A stretch of DNA of 64,000 nt from Protoeuglena noctilucae (Eukaryota). The DNA lies in contig OY253688.1 of NCBI GenBank assembly GCA_958009085.1, forward strand, positions 62,001 through 126,000, written 5' to 3'. The position numbers and the translations under genes were made by a program. Below are positions 36,904 to 48,967 of the stretch, piece by piece; the stretch's first letter is position 1; the number at the start of each line of letters is the position of its first letter. The notes below the pieces were generated by a model. The model was not told the DNA's origin and did not search any database. It worked only from the letters and a program-made list of their open reading frames with translations.

Positions 36904-38975
36904 ATGAGCGCCGAGGCGCTGATTGCGCGTGCGCGAGAGGCCATCGCGCGCGCGCGGCTGTTGACCGACGCTTACGAGCTGGGAGGTACCTGTAGCAGTC
37001 AGGATCGGTCCCACCAGCGACTGGCGCCAGCGCAGCGAGACGGGGGCGCGGCGTCGGGGTCCACGTCCGCTGCGCCAACACAGTGGGCAGCGCAGCGCGA
37101 CAGGTGCGTCCGTTGCTCGGACAGCTGACGGCTTCCGCGCAATCGGGTCACGAAGAAGCGCCTATGCGGGACAGGCCATCCCGTCTCGTCCTGGGTGACC
37201 TTGAACGCAGCCACAGTTGCTGGCCCCGCCCTTGGCTCGGACCAGCGCTCTTGCTGCCACGACGAGGCTGCGTTTGCTGCGCCCTGATCAGTCATCATGC
37301 GACAAACTAGCCCCTCGCCTTGCCTATCCCTCTTCTCTCTTGCCGCTGCAGGGCCTCAGACGGCGGTTTTGACGCGAGCGACAAGACAGACGCGCGCGGC
37401 GTGACCGGGGCGTCCGCCTCGCTCCTGGAATGTGACGGGTGGGCGAGAGACTCTGAAGAATGCGTCGGTCACGGGGAACGTCAGGTAACGCGGGTGCAGC
37501 GGCCGCACAGAGGGCGGTGTTCCCATCGGCAGCGCTTTGTCACCCGGCGCTGCCCGTCCCCTCGCAGGCAATCGAGTGGGATGGCGGCGCGCGTGACCGT
37601 GCGATGCGAGCGGTTCTCAGCGATCGCCTGGCCTCGCTGCGGGAGTCCCAGGCTGCCACGATGCACCAACTGCTGTCCCTGCGTCGCGACCAGCTGCGGC
37701 TCCGCGTACAGCAGCTCTCCGCGCTGCGGTGCCTCCTGCGCGCCGAGGCACTGCGGTCCGAGACGTACACGGAAACACAGGTGGGAGCTTTATCGGCACA
37801 CGCGTGGTACCCGGCACTGTGTATGGTACCCAGCACTGCACCCTGCACTGTACTCGACACTGCGTACCCTGCACGGTACCCTCTTCGATACCCTGCATGC
37901 TCAGTACCCTCTCGCGACAATCCAGCGTTGGCCACCTCTGCGCTCGCTCCCCCACTGCTGCAGTCGCTCCCTTCCACCGCAACGGTCGCCTCCCCACCCC
38001 CATCCTCAGGTCGGCACGATGCTCCAGGCCGTAGAGTTGCTGGGTAGTTGCCTGGGTGACGTGGCCCACGCATCGGAGGTGCTGTCGACTGCGGGCCCTG
38101 GGCAGGCCATGGCCATCAGCCAAGCGGTGTCAGAGGCGGATGCCAGGGCAGAGGAGGCGTCGGGGATCGTGAGGTCGCTGGTGAGAGTGGAAGCATATGA
38201 TGGGGAGAGGGGCAGAGGTTATGGACGCTAGCACACAAGCACGTCGACGATAGCTAGTACTGTGGGATTCTCCCACACAAGCACACTGAAAACGACGTGT
38301 GATGTAATGTGTCCCCACTCCTCACCATCTCCCCCGCAGCTGGACTTCGTGCGATCGTACGCGGCACAGGTGCAGGCGGCCGGGGGCGCATCCCCAGAAG
38401 GGTCGAGCCTGAGTCAGTCACAGATCGACGCGCTGGGAGAGGCGGTGGTGGGGCCACGGGACGCGGGGCTGGGGGAGCGGCTGGCGGGGGACGTGTGCTC
38501 GGTGTGCCTGGGGGAGTACCTGGAGAGCGACCGCGTGAGGGTCATGCCGGTGAGACCTAGTAAGGATGGAAGGTTATTGTGTGATGGTGGTATCTGGTGT
38601 GCCTGGGGGAGTACCTCGAATGCGACCGCGTGGGGAGACGTGGTAACGATGGTGGGGCTGGGCCTGGTGAGTTTGAGTGGGGTGATGTGATGAGAGTATG
38701 AAGGTACGAGCTGAGAAGAGTCAGGGGAAGAGAGTGGGTGGGCAGTGGGGCAGTGGGTGGCATGACCATGTCGTCCCGATCGTTGTCGCTCGCAGGTATG
38801 CCAGCATGCGTTCCACGTCGGCTGCATCGACGCATGGCTTCGGGTCAAGAGCCTCTGCCCCATGTGCAAGCGGTGTGTGCAGGGAGGGGGTGCGGCGGTG
38901 GGGGAGGGGGCGTTGGCTGGGGACGAGGTGCGAGGGGAAGGGAGGGGAGGGGAGGAGGAGGGTGGTGCTCCTTGA
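36904..38975 (+). CDS. RING-H2 finger protein (putative E3 ubiquitin ligase)
   Basis: C-terminal CSVCLGEYLESDRVRVMP|VCQHAFHVGCIDAWLRVKSLCPMCK (C3H2C3 pattern), preceded by SLSQSQIDALG. N-terminus MSAEALIARARE with coiled-coil-like exons. Confidence 0.88.
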
Positions 38976-39466
38976 TTGATTGTTAACAAAAGGGATGGGC
39001 CAGCGTTCTATGCAGCTGTCGGGCGTTGCTTGGTTGCAACGGGGTCGGAGCTGTGCGGTACCGTTGTCACTGTATAGTATTGCGGGTAGCAGTGTGGTAC
39101 GGACGTGCATGCCGACGTGCGCTTGAAGAGCGTATGGCAGTTCAAGGGTAAGTGAAGTTGAGTGAGCGGCCTGCTGTGCAAAAAGCGTGAGCAAGGTGGC
39201 TGCTGCGCATGGGGCAGGAACGGTGCGACTGGCACACGATGGTTCCACGTAAGAGGTGGCGACCATGACGTTGACACATGTAAGATGTGAGGCTGGTAAG
39301 GGAGCTAGCCAGCGACACACAGAGCGTGCGAGCGTGGCCGAAGTGGTGAAAGGGACGGGAGGTAGAATGCTCGCCAAGAGGAAAGGTGTGTACACGCATG
39401 GACAGCATGACATGACTAGCCACGCTGTCTTGGTGCGTGACTGGCCACGCCCCGTGCTAACCACCC

Positions 39467-40661
39467 CTAGTCGATGCGCTCGGCTGAGACGTCAATGACG
39501 GGGCCGTCGTCATACGGACCCCGCTTTGTTTGGCCCCGGTTTGGGCCCCCTGCACGCGAGCATTGCAACGCTGATAAGTAAGCTGGCCACATGCACCCCC
39601 TGCTCGTCACCTTTCTTCATCACATCACATTTCACCCCGCAAGCCGCATCGACCCTCACCTGCGCGCGCACCCCCGTTGGACCAGAACGCCGGGTCGAAG
39701 GGATTCCGCCTCGCTTTCCTGAGCTCCTCCTCCCGCAGCTGCGCCTCCAGGTCCCGCTTGGCCAGGTAGGACAGCAGGGGGGGCATTAGAAGAGGACCAA
39801 ACAGGAACGCGAGATACGCGACGTATAGGAGGCGGCTGCGGGCGAGAAACGCGATGGTAACTTGAGCGAATGCAATAAGAATAAAGATTGATACTTATCT
39901 TGCGGAATACCAACGACAATCGCCGCGATTCATGCAAATTGTCACCTCAGGACGCCGGTTGCGAGGAGCGCGGCCAGCAGGACCACCGCGGCGACCTTGC
40001 CGAGGGGCGTGGCGTAAAACTCCTTAGCCTGCTGCACCCATCGCGGCCACTTGCGCGCCGCGTCCTCCCTGCGCGGGGACGCGAGCACGGGAGCTTCTTC
40101 GCAAGTGGCCCAAGCAAAAGATCCACGGGCGGACTCGGCTCGAAAGCGTTTGCGCTCACCTGAGTTCACGGAACCGCAGGCTCAGCTGCCAGCGCTGGTC
40201 CACGTCCCGCGCCCACTCGACCACGCGCGCCTGCACCGTCTGATTCCGGCGCTCCCAGTCCACCCTGCGCGCGGCCTCCCCCGCAGCCCGCCGCGCCCTG
40301 TCGCTCACTCCCCAAGCCGCACGGTTAAACTCGTCCGCAGCGCCCCGCGCCGTCTCCCCGACCTGCGGCAGGCACTAGCGTGGTCTGTCCATATTCAGCC
40401 ACCGCTTCGCGACATCCCGCGGTTCTTGAGCAACCAGCGCATTCCGCATCGCACCTTTCGCTTCGCATCGTCACTCCACACCGAGAAACTCTCCGAGAAG
40501 CGGTCCCACGCGCTCCCGCTAGCCCTTCGGGGCCCCGCCAGACGAACCCGAACCCTAAGCGCCACCCATCTCGACGCGTGCACGTCGCCAGCGCAACCGT
40601 GACTCAAACCACATCCATGCGTATGGAGATGCGGCTGGCCGAGGCAGACCCGCGCCTGCAT
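39467..40661 (-). CDS. Conserved green-lineage putative plastid membrane protein
   Basis: R/A/S-rich transit-like N-terminus; VDQRWQLSLRFRELR|EDAARKWPRWVQQAKEFYATPLGKVAAVVLLAALLATGVLS|RLLYVAYLAFLFGPLLMP; C-terminal GPVIDVSAERID*. From memory it resembles an uncharacterised plant family (At2g44870-like); not searched. Confidence 0.65.
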
Positions 40662-41003
40662 CGGCCCGCCACGGTCGGCACAAAGCGCAGAAGCGCGTGA
40701 ACAGCGCGGAAGAACAAGTCCTCAGAGGGGCTGAGCGGCTGTTGTCCGTTCCTCCGCAAGAGCACTCGCCATAGTGGAGCAGTCGAGCTCCAATTTGAGA
40801 GCCCACCCAGTCTCACCGCGTCAGGGCCGTGGTCAGGGGCCGCAGCTGGACAAACCAGTGCCGCTTCGGCGCAGAGGGCGTTAATTTCGCATGTGCGTTC
40901 GGTGCCACCGGATATCGATCGCGAGGAGCGCCGAGGGTGCCGCGGACCAGGGCAGCCCAAAGGAAGCCTCATCAGCCGCCGACGCTTGGATGATGTTGCT
41001 GTG

Positions 41004-44000
41004 ATGTTCTCGAAGAACAAGAACAGAGGTGCCGCCGTGCACTTCGACTGCACCATCCGGGTGCTGGAGCTCTCCCCGTGGGCGGGTCCCGGTAAGGGCC
41101 CGAGGGCGCGCGCTGCCGGGGTCCGGGTGGCCTCGCGCCGCGCTCTCGACTCGCTGATGTGGTCTTGCAGCGTGTGGCGTTGGTGCGACCCCGCGAATCG
41201 ATCGCCTCGCGAGCGCGTCTTGCGTGCACGACGTCGGCGTTTGGATCGTGGGGCCGGACCGCCGGTGGCCGCGACCTGTCTCGTCCGTTGTGTCGGCGTC
41301 CGAACGCTCTTGCCGCGTGCCTGCGTCGCACCTTCACTCCCTGGTCCCCGGCGCCCGCAGCGGACCAGACACTCTGCATCGGATGGAAGCGCGGGTCCAA
41401 GCGCGGGGGCCAAACGCCTCCCGCGAAGGCGAAGGCAGGCGAGCTTCTGTCATATCTTTGCTCTGTCGTCACCCGAGCCACCAGCTGCGCCCGGATTCCG
41501 GCGCCCTGCGAGCTGCAACTCGATGCCCCTCGCGCGGGTGCTCCTGTGCCGCAGCGCACCCGCGGCGGTGCGCGCAGCTTGCGAGGACCTCTTATGCAGC
41601 AGTGTGATGTCGCTGACGTCGACCCTTGCCGCGTCCGATGCGCAGGGTCGGGCGGCTCGACGCGTTTTGTCTGGAATGAGGAAATTTCACTTCCGGTGAC
41701 GCTCTACCGCCCGAAATCCAGCGACTCGGGCCCGTTCCTGAAAAAGCCAATCCTCATTTACGTGGCGGAGGGAGGCAAGCGCAAGGAGGTCCAGGTCAGC
41801 GGCCGCGCGAGGCCGCGCATCCACGGCACGGTCGTTGCTGGGGCAATCCCATCTCACAACGCCTCTCCCATGCCGCCCCCGCAGTTGGGCAGCGTGGCAT
41901 TGGACCTCGCGGTGCTGGCCGCGCCGGACAAGGGTTTCCAGGAGATCAATGCCCCCATCGCGTGCTCGCGTGCCGTCATGGACGCCGTGGGGACGCCCAA
42001 GCTCGCCATAGCTGGTGAGGAGCTGCGGATAAGGGAGGGTCACACGTACACGGTGCATTATAGGGGCGCAGCGACGCAGTCATTCTCCTCTTTGAGAAGC
42101 AAGGCACCCCCACCCCATCGCATGCGCCTGTCCTGTCCCTCCCTCCTCATGTGTCTGTACTCACTACCACTTCAGCTGCCCACTCTGCCCCTCCCCCGCA
42201 GTGTCCCTGACGCTCAGCAAGGACCAGCGCGGTCGCTCGTCCGCCGACAGCGACGGCCGCAGCTCTGAGGCCGGCTCGGCCCTCTCCCGCCCCTCCTTCA
42301 CCTCGCGCATGGCGTCGGCGATGGGACTGCGCAAGAACGCATCCCGCGGGGCCATGGGAGCCGCCGCGGGGGCAGCCGGGGCGGGGAGCGGGGCGCGCAT
42401 GGGGGCGGGCGACGAGGCGGCGACCGGGGCGGGATCGTTCAACACCGATGCTTACGGGGCAGCGGGGGCCGCGGGGCACGGCGACGAGCTGCCGGGCATG
42501 GACGCGTTCGCTGCGGGGGGGATGGGGATGGGGATGGGCCGGGGTGCGCGGGGGGGCGGGCTGGCTGCGACCAGAGAAGAGGGCGGGGAGGGGGCGAGGA
42601 GTAAGGCGGATAAGGGCGAGATGTACGACTCGGATGGCATTTTGATCGAATCGGACGAGGACGAGGGTGAGGGACGGTGGGAGGGGGTGTTGGTGTATGT
42701 GGTGGTGCAAGGGGTGAGCGTGGTGTGGTAGAAGGGCGAGGGATAGTGCATGGACGGGCAGGGCGGGCTGTCATCACCAGGCATCACATGTTTGGTGCAT
42801 GACACCCCCTTTCCTCTCCGCTCTGCCCTCGCAGGCCCACCTGCAGCACCGGCACCCGCACCGCGCCCCGCCCCCACCGCCAACGCCAATCCCTTCAGCC
42901 AACAGCAGCCCGGCAACCGCTTTGGCCGTGGCGACCCCGATGCGCCCGACGGTGCGGGCCGCGGGTATCCCGGCAGCTCCCCCGCCCCCGGGTCCGCCGG
43001 GAGGGTCCCAGGGGGCCGCGACATGCAAGACCGTGACCCTCGTAACGCGATGCAAGCGCGAGACAGAGACAGGGAGCTGCCGTACGCCATGCCGCCCCCC
43101 GCGGCCCGCGCCCCGCCCGTTGACGACCGCCCCTCGTCGCTGGCCGCGCGCGTGGCTGCGATGCGCGAGCAGGCGGCAACCGGGGTCGTGGGGGTGGTGT
43201 CTGGGACGGGGGCGCTGGTGGCCCACTCCCGTGGGGCTTCGATCGCAGAAGCCCCGGGCGGCAGCGGCGGGGTTGAGATCGAGGGGAACGAGGAGGGGGA
43301 CTCTGCTGCGGGTCGGCTTGAGGCCATGCGTCAGGCGCGTGCCCAGAGGATGGCACAGTGGAAGGCCGGGGGCGGTAGGCGCGGCAGCCAGGCGTCGGAC
43401 GTTCAATCCGCGCGAAGTCTCGCGGTGCCCGGATCGTCGCTGAGCCGCGGGGGGGCGGCGGGGGCGGCGGGACGGTCGGGGTCGCGGAGGGGCGGGATGA
43501 GCGAGGCGAGCGGGGGGGCGCGCGAGAGGAAAGAGGCCCTGCGTGAGTTGGACGACATTGTGGAGGAGCAACAGCAGGAGAGGCAACAGGAGCGGCAACA
43601 GGAGAGGCAACAGCAGGAGCGGCCATCGCCCAAGCCCCTACCGTTCCAAAGCGGGGGTGTCGGTGCAGGGAAGGGTCCCGGGCCTGGGCCGGCGCGTGCG
43701 GCGTCGGGGGCTAGCAGTCTGAGCCTGGAGCGGATATCGGATGTCTCTGATGAGGAGCGAGACGAGGGCAGGAAGGATGCTGGGTCTTGGGGTGCGGGGG
43801 CGAGGGGCGGTGATGCGAGGGGCGGTGAGATGAGGGGCGGTGAGAAGCCGGCTGCGTTGGCCAAGGTTCCGTCTGGGGTGAAGGACGCGGGCCGGGGGCG
43901 CGTCAGCGGTGCGGGGGCGGAGGTGGCGCCGATGGCTGGGCCGGTGCGGGGGGCGGTGGGGGCGTCGGATGCGGGTGCGGGGTGGGGGGAGAGGGCGGGG

Positions 44001-47000
44001 GTGGATGCGGGGGAGGGGTCTGAGGAGGAAGAGGAGATGGCTGTGGAGCCGCGGGGTGGGCGTGGCGCGAGCATGAGCCCGAAAGCAGCGGCGGGTGCTG
44101 GGGTGGGTGCAATGGCGGGTGCGGGGGCAGGCAGGGCGGCGGTCAGTCCCAAGGCTGCCCCTGCCCCTGCGGTCGTCAGCCCCAAAGGTGGCATGGGCAG
44201 TGGTGGGAGAGGGGACGTGGGTGGGCCACCCATGCCGGCAGTGGTGAGCCCCAAGGGAGGGGCCAGTGCGGGTGCGGGTGTGTCTGCAGTGGCAGCAGCA
44301 CCAGCGCCTGGGCCGCAAAAGGGCCGCGACGTGGATCGAAGGGGCGACGTGGATGGCAGGAAGGGCGACGTCGACCGGCGGGGGGAGCAGGAGGCGGGGC
44401 GAGGGCTGTCCTTCACGCGCCGGGGTGCGGCGGGCGGGAGGCGGTGGGATGAGGGGCGGGCGCGGCGGGTGGTGGAGGGAGCCGTGGCGCCACTGCTGGC
44501 GTGGCGTGCGGTGGCGGGGGAGGGGCGGGCGGCAGATGAGGACCTGGCGTTCCCCGCCAGGGCACTGCTACGCACGATGCGGGCGCTGGGGGAGGTGGGG
44601 CCGGGCCGGGCGGCGGAGATGGCGAGGGGGGTGGCGGGGGCGGCGGCGGCGGCGGCGGGGGCGGGTGCGGGGGCAGCGGGGGCGGCGGCAGCTGCTTGGT
44701 TCACAGCGGCAGGTGCGCGGCTGGGATTGGCGTCCGCGGAGCTCCCCGGCCCGGACCGCGCCGACTGCGAGCGTGCTTTGGCCAGCATGGAGGAGGAGTG
44801 TTTCTGGCGTCTGGTGCGGGGGGCGTGGGAACCGGCGCGGCGGCAGGCCCCGGCATCGCTGGGGGACGCGGGGGTGGGGGCGGTGTGCGGTCTGGTGCGC
44901 AAGGCGGTGCAGGAGCTGCTGAGAGAGGTGGCGCAGCTTGGGTCGGCCGGGGCGTGCCTGGCATCACGCGCGGTGCCTGCGTTGGTGGCGGTGGCGGACG
45001 CAGCGATGGTCAACGCGGCGCTGGGGTGCATGCCCCCTGCAGCGGCGAGGGGGGCGGTCATGGACACGGGCCTGGGGGAGCAGGGTGAGTGATGGGGTGG
45101 GGAGATGGGGGTTGATTGTGTGTTGGTGTGTGTGTTTGCGTGATGTGATGGACACGGGCCTGGGGGAGCGGGGTGGATGATGGGATTGGGAGAGGGGGTT
45201 TGGTTGAGTATAGCTGCAAATGCTCCTAATGACTAAAACACCCATTCCGCATCTCAACCCCGCACCCTCCTCCTCACCCCCACGCTCACCTCTCATCTTC
45301 ATCCCCTCACCCCAACCCTCGCCCCCCCCCCGCAGCCCCCCGCCGCTCGGCCCCTCCCCCCGCCACCTCCCCCCTCACCTTCAGCTGGGGCATGTCAGCG
45401 AAGATGGAGATGACGCAGCTGATGGAGTATTTGAATATGGGCACTGCAGAGGCACAGGCACTCATCCCCAGGATGAGGGGGCTGGCGGACCTGATGGTGA
45501 GAGATGGAGGGGCATGTGTGTATGTGGGGTGTGTGGGTGTGGGTGTGTGTGGGGGTGGGGATGGGTGTTGTTGGTGTGTGGGTGGGGTAACCGGTGTAAG
45601 TGCAGACCAGCAGTGTACTGCTCGCCCTGTCTCACGCCTTCCCCACTTGCCACTTGCACTTCTCTCCACGTTCACCCACAACCCACCCCCACCGCCCACC
45701 ACTCTCCCACTCCCTCACCACTCACCTGTAACCACCCCCCACCCCCGCCCCCTTCCCCCCTTCCCCCCAGATGCTCCCGAAGGAGCTGGTGGCCGACCCC
45801 TCGGTGTTAGCCGAGGTGTGCCCGGCCCTGTCAGCCCCCCAGATCGCATGCGCGCTGGACCGATACCAGCCGGACGCCTTCTGCAGGGACCCCATCGGTG
45901 AGGATGAATGAGATTATGAGATGTGAATGGATGAATATGAGGTAATAAGCTATTCAATGTTCAGCAAGCTGCAGTATCGGATTGGCTCACCCCACGACTG
46001 TTCCACCCCCACCAATGCCACCCTCACCACCTCACTCAACCCCACCCCCATACCCCCCCCCCCCAAGACCCCGCCATTGCCGTGGAGGTCCGCGAGCTGG
46101 CCGCGGAGTCGGCGGGGATCGATCCGGAAGACCCCGTCGCCATGGCACGCGCCGCATGGGCCAGCTACGGGCCCCCCATGTCTCGCGGTGCCTATCGCCC
46201 CATCGCATCGCTTGACGAACTACGCGCACCCCTCTCCACCCCTCCCCGCCCCAACGCGCTCCCATTGTGGCGCGTCCCAGCCTCCGCCATGGCCCCGGCC
46301 TTCTCTCCCGCGTGGCTCGACCTGCGTGAAACCGAGGAGCCTGACGCGGACCTTCTGGCGACGGCCGCGGCCGTGTCGATGCCGGTGCAGGGGGCGGAGG
46401 CGGCTGGGGCGGTGCTGGAGCTGTGGGGGTGCGGGGAGGGGAGAGGTAAGGGATCGAATCTCGGGGAGTCGCGGGATGGGTCGGAAAATGAGAGCGGGAG
46501 CGAGGGGGAGGGGGAGCGGTGGGGGGCTAACAGGGGTGGGGTGGAGAGGGGCAGGGAGGGGAGGGGAGTGGTGGGGAGAGGGGTGGGGGAGGAGGAGGGG
46601 CAAGGGGATGACGAGGGGTGGGGTGGGCGGAGGGGGGTGGAGGGGAAAGGTGGCAGGGGTGCAGGTGCGGGCGTGAGGGCGGGCGATGGGTGGGGCAATG
46701 CGAGTGCAGGTGCGGGTGGTGGTGTGGGCGAGGCTAAGGTGCCGTTGCAGAGGGGAGTGGGCAGTGCGGGGTCGGGCGTTGCTGTCGGGAAGCGTGGGGT
46801 GGGTGAGGATGAGGGGAAGTGGGAGCGAGAGGGGGTGGTGGGGCGGGGTGGGAAAGGGTATGAGTATGAGAGGGGTCGTGGGGGAGTGGGAGGTGGAGTG
46901 GAGAGGGACGGAAGGGGCAGTGGTGGGGCGCAGGGTGGGTATGAGGATGAGCGAGAGGTGGGGCGTGGGGCGTGTGTTGGTGGGGAGATGAGAGATGGGG

Positions 47001-48568
47001 CCAGGCGAGGGGGGTGGGAGGAAGAGGTTGGGGATGCGAGGGGAGTGCGGCGTGGGGAGGAGTGGGGCAAGGGCGGGGCGAGGGAGGGGTTGCGAGCGGA
47101 GGGGCGGAGGGGTGTGGGAGCTGCGGGGTGGGATGAGAGGGGTTACGCGATGCCAGCGCCTGCAATAGGTGTGGCGGAGGGACGGGGGAGGAAGGCCGGG
47201 GCGGGTGCGGAGGGGCGGGGTTACCGGGGTGGCGGTGGCGGTGGCTATGAGGAGGAGGGTAGTGACGAGGGGGGAGTGGGTGTGGCCGACCGTGGTCTGA
47301 TGCCGCCTGAACGTGCTACGGGCGGCGTCGGCGCCGATCGCGGCGTCGGTCGCGATCGTGCTGTGCCCGACCGCGGTGCGGATCGTGCTTCGGGCAGCGT
47401 GGGACGCGGCGCCGACCGGGGCCCCGCGGATCGTGCTGTGGGTGCCGCCATGGACCGCGGCGTCGATCGTGCTGTGGACCGTGCTGCTCCCGATCGTGCT
47501 GTGGCCGACCGCGGCCGCGCCAACGGCAGCCGCGGCGAGGGTCGCGCCCCCCCCGCCGGCCCCCCTGCCCCCGGCTCCCGCCTGGGGTATACCCAGCCCC
47601 GCCCCGATTACCACGATTACCACGATGATCATGATTATGACGATCACAATTACGAGGGTCATGTTCATGGGGATGACAACGACAACCCCAGCCACGCCCA
47701 CCCCCACCCCCGCCCCGACAGTCGCGGCAGATACAACACTGACTATCGCTCGTCTAATTACGACTCCCACCACCGTTCATCCAACTTCGACAACTCTCAG
47801 TGCGGCTCTCAGTATGGGTCGAAGCCTTACGGTGGCCCAGTGGGCGACACCGCCGGCGTGCGTGGGGGCGAGGGGGGTGGTGAGAGGGGTGAGAGGGGGC
47901 GTGGGGTGGTGGGGCGGGGGTGGCGTGGGGAGGAGGAGGGCGATGATGAGGGGCGAGGGGGGGAGGGGTGGCGGGAGGAGCGGGGTGGGGCGAAGCGCGG
48001 TGCGGGTGCGGGGGTGGCAGAGAGGCGGGGGGGGTATGAGGGGAGGGAGGGTGGGTATGATCTGCCCCCGAAGGGTGGGTATGACCCACGGGGCGGGCGT
48101 GGGGTGGGTGGGGGGTACGGTGGCAGGGGCAGGGAGGTGGAGGTGGATGAGGGTGAGGGTGAGGGTGAGGCCATGGAGGGTCGCAGGGATGCCGGATTGG
48201 GTTACAAAAGCGGTGCGGGGAGGGCGGGGGATGGGTACGGGGCTGGGGTGGGGCGGCGGGGTGGGGCGGGCGAGGGGGAGGGGTATGAGGGTGGGAGGGG
48301 CGGTGGTGGCAAGTATGGGGATTATGACAGTGGGAGGTTGGGGGTGCAGGGAGGTGGTCGGCGCGATAGGAGGGGGGAGGAGGAGGGAGGGGGTTACAGG
48401 GGCGGTGGGTACGGTGGCGGGTATGGCGGGGGGTATGAGCGAGATGAGCGGGAGGTGCCAAGGGGGGTGCGTGGGGGTGGCCGTGGGGGCGAGACGCAAA
48501 TGCAAAACAGGGGCTACGAGGATTCGATCGGGGACCGCCGGGAGGGCAGGGGATGGGGCCGGGGATGA
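41004..48568 (+). CDS. NT-C2 (EEIG1/EHBP1 N-terminal C2) plus Dilute(DIL)-like domain protein with long disordered regions
   Basis: NT-C2: VHFDCTIRVLELSPW|..LCIGWKRGSKRGGQT..FVWNEEISLPVTLY..FLKKPILIYV..|LGSVALDLA. DIL-like: LGMSAKMEMTQLMEYL..RMRGLADLM|MLPKELVADPSVLAEVCPALSAPQIACALDRYQPDAFCRDP. G/R/E-rich terminal exon ends at TGA 48568. Confidence 0.82.
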
Positions 48569-48967
48569 GGGTGGGGTAGGGTGATGCGTGATGATGGCGT
48601 GCATGATGATCGTGCATGATGATGGCGGTGGGGTGGTGGGTAAGGCTGCGGTGCGGCCCGTGTTGCTGGAATGAGAGTTGCTGATGGGAATGGTATCAAA
48701 TGATATTAAGAAATGGGTGTAGTAGTCGCTATACTTCTGTGATGTGTTCAAAGATGTGTTCAAAGAGAGAGATGCGACCCTGGTCAGCTTTGCGAGGGCA
48801 CTTGCTACCTCTGCCTCTGCGCATGTTTCATAAATGACACACCATGTGCCAAACACAACACAGTACCGCTGCCCCTGCCTCTATGCCATCACCTACACAC
48901 TACCGCTACCCCTCCCCTTGTGCCTTCGCCACGGCCACGTCATCGGTGTCTAGCATCTGCACCGGCC

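Noticed and set aside
43403..48856. Several long antisense or alternative-frame ORFs (554, 517, 423 and 359 aa), including hydrophobic-looking ASIVLWTVLLPIVLW
   Set aside because: These are shadow frames of the low-complexity NT-C2/DIL exons and their DR repeats.
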